Assembly: GCA_038108555.1 (NCBI GenBank)
Contig: JAYNIA010000060.1
Coordinates: 1-14,452, forward strand
From: Nitrospinota bacterium
GTDB lineage: Bacteria; Nitrospinota; Nitrospinia; Nitrospinales; VA-1
Direction: 5' to 3'
Length of the DNA: 14,452 nucleotides
Shown here: positions 13,621-14,452 of the stretch, piece by piece
Position numbering within the stretch: the first letter of the stretch is position 1
Layout of the letters: each line of letters opens with the position of its first letter
Made by a program: the position numbers and the translations under genes
Notes under the pieces: generated by a model
What the model was told of the DNA's origin: nothing
Seen by the model: only the letters and a program-made list of their open reading frames with translations
Databases searched by the model: none

Positions 13621-14452
13621 ATGGATGCTAAAGCAGGAACTTTGACGCGTGAAGAAATTTCCGAACAATCCCAATGGGATCTGTCGGGATTATATTCATC
13701 GAACGAAGCATGGAATGAAGATTTCAAATCGTTGGAAAACGATTTGAAAAAATATTCCGGTTTTCAAAATACACTTGCGCACTCTTTTTCCAGACTCAAA
13801 GAATGTCTCGAATTTGATATGAACTTTTCCAGGAAGTTGGAGAAGCTTTATACCTTTGCTCATTTAAAAAATGATGAAGATAAGACCAACAGTCATCATC
13901 AGGGAAATTTTGAAAAAGCAATGCGGCTTTTAAATGAGGCGGGAAGTGCATCCAGTTTCATACGCCCGGAAATTATGTCTATTCCGCAAGAGAAAATGAG
14001 CCAATTCCTCGAAGAAAAGGGAATGGAGTTTTACCGTTTCCATTTGGAGCAGATCTTGCGATATCGCGAACATACCCTGTCGGAAAAAGAAGAAAAACTG
14101 CTTGCCCAGACGGGTGAAATGAGCCGGGCTGCGAGAGATGGGTTCGACATGCTGGACAATGCAGATCTTCAGTTGGGCGAAGTCGAAGATGAAAAGGGAG
14201 AAAAAATTACCTTGACGCACGGTAATTTTCAGAGCCTGATGCAGAATTATGATCGCCGCGTTAGAAAGGATGCTTTTCATACCTATTATAAAGCTTATGA
14301 GTCCCATCGTTTCACCTACTCAACATTGTTAGCCTCAAGCGTTAAAAAGGATTTGTTTTATTCACGCGCCCGTAATTATTCAAACTATAGAGCCAAAGCG
14401 TTGTTTTCGGAGAATATTGACGAAGGGGTTTATGACAACCTGATTGAATCGG
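13621..14452 (+). CDS. pepF: Oligoendopeptidase F (peptidase M3B), 3'-truncated by window edge
   Basis: Manual translation: MDAKAGTLTREEISEQSQWDLSGLY...LEKLYTFAHLKNDED...SFIRPEI...YREHTLSEKEEKLLA...FDMLDNADL..G...LTHGNF...DRRVRKDAF...ARNY...ALF..NI...VYDNLI. Open to the window end. The HExxH motif lies beyond the window. Confidence 0.93.
   Translation, partial: MDAKAGTLTREEISEQSQWDLSGLYSSNEAWNEDFKSLENDLKKYSGFQNTLAHSFSRLKECLEFDMNFSRKLEKLYTFAHLKNDEDKTNSHHQGNFEKAMRLLNEAGSASSFIRPEIMSIPQEKMSQFLEEKGMEFYRFHLEQILRYREHTLSEKEEKLLAQTGEMSRAARDGFDMLDNADLQLGEVEDEKGEKITLTHGNFQSLMQNYDRRVRKDAFHTYYKAYESHRFTYSTLLASSVKKDLFYSRARNYSNYRAKALFSENIDEGVYDNLIES

Noticed and set aside
13930..14307. 125-aa minus-strand ORF, and the other short nested ORFs in the track
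   Set aside because: Antisense or out-of-frame shadows of well-supported genes (here pepF).

Overview
Chromosomal, mostly housekeeping window from a moderately AT-rich bacterium. The RomR-like protein suggests a Deltaproteobacteria-related lineage such as Nitrospinota, but this is an impression, not shown. Gene order: 3' end of a sensor histidine kinase (+, not in the ORF track), atypical SDR/epimerase (+), Nif3/YbgI (-), OppB- and OppC-type permeases with no binding protein or ATPase (+), ABC-F translation ATPase preceded by a small uORF (+), 72-aa coiled-coil orphan (-), membrane-anchored FAM173-like SAM methyltransferase (+), exported degenerate-PHP/Ig/Pro-rich/SH3 protein (-), RomR-like response regulator (+), valS (+), and the 5' part of pepF (+, not in the ORF track). 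I found no mobile element, RNA gene or CRISPR array. The most interesting signal is the 502-aa protein upstream of valS. It has a RomR-type receiver and RomR-type C-terminal helices, and between them a PopZ-H1-like motif (EPSLEELLESV) and a long acidic Pro/Glu/Asp linker with repeated amphipathic motifs. It is a candidate phospho-regulated RomR/PopZ hybrid polar scaffold. All family assignments come from recalled motifs, not database searches.
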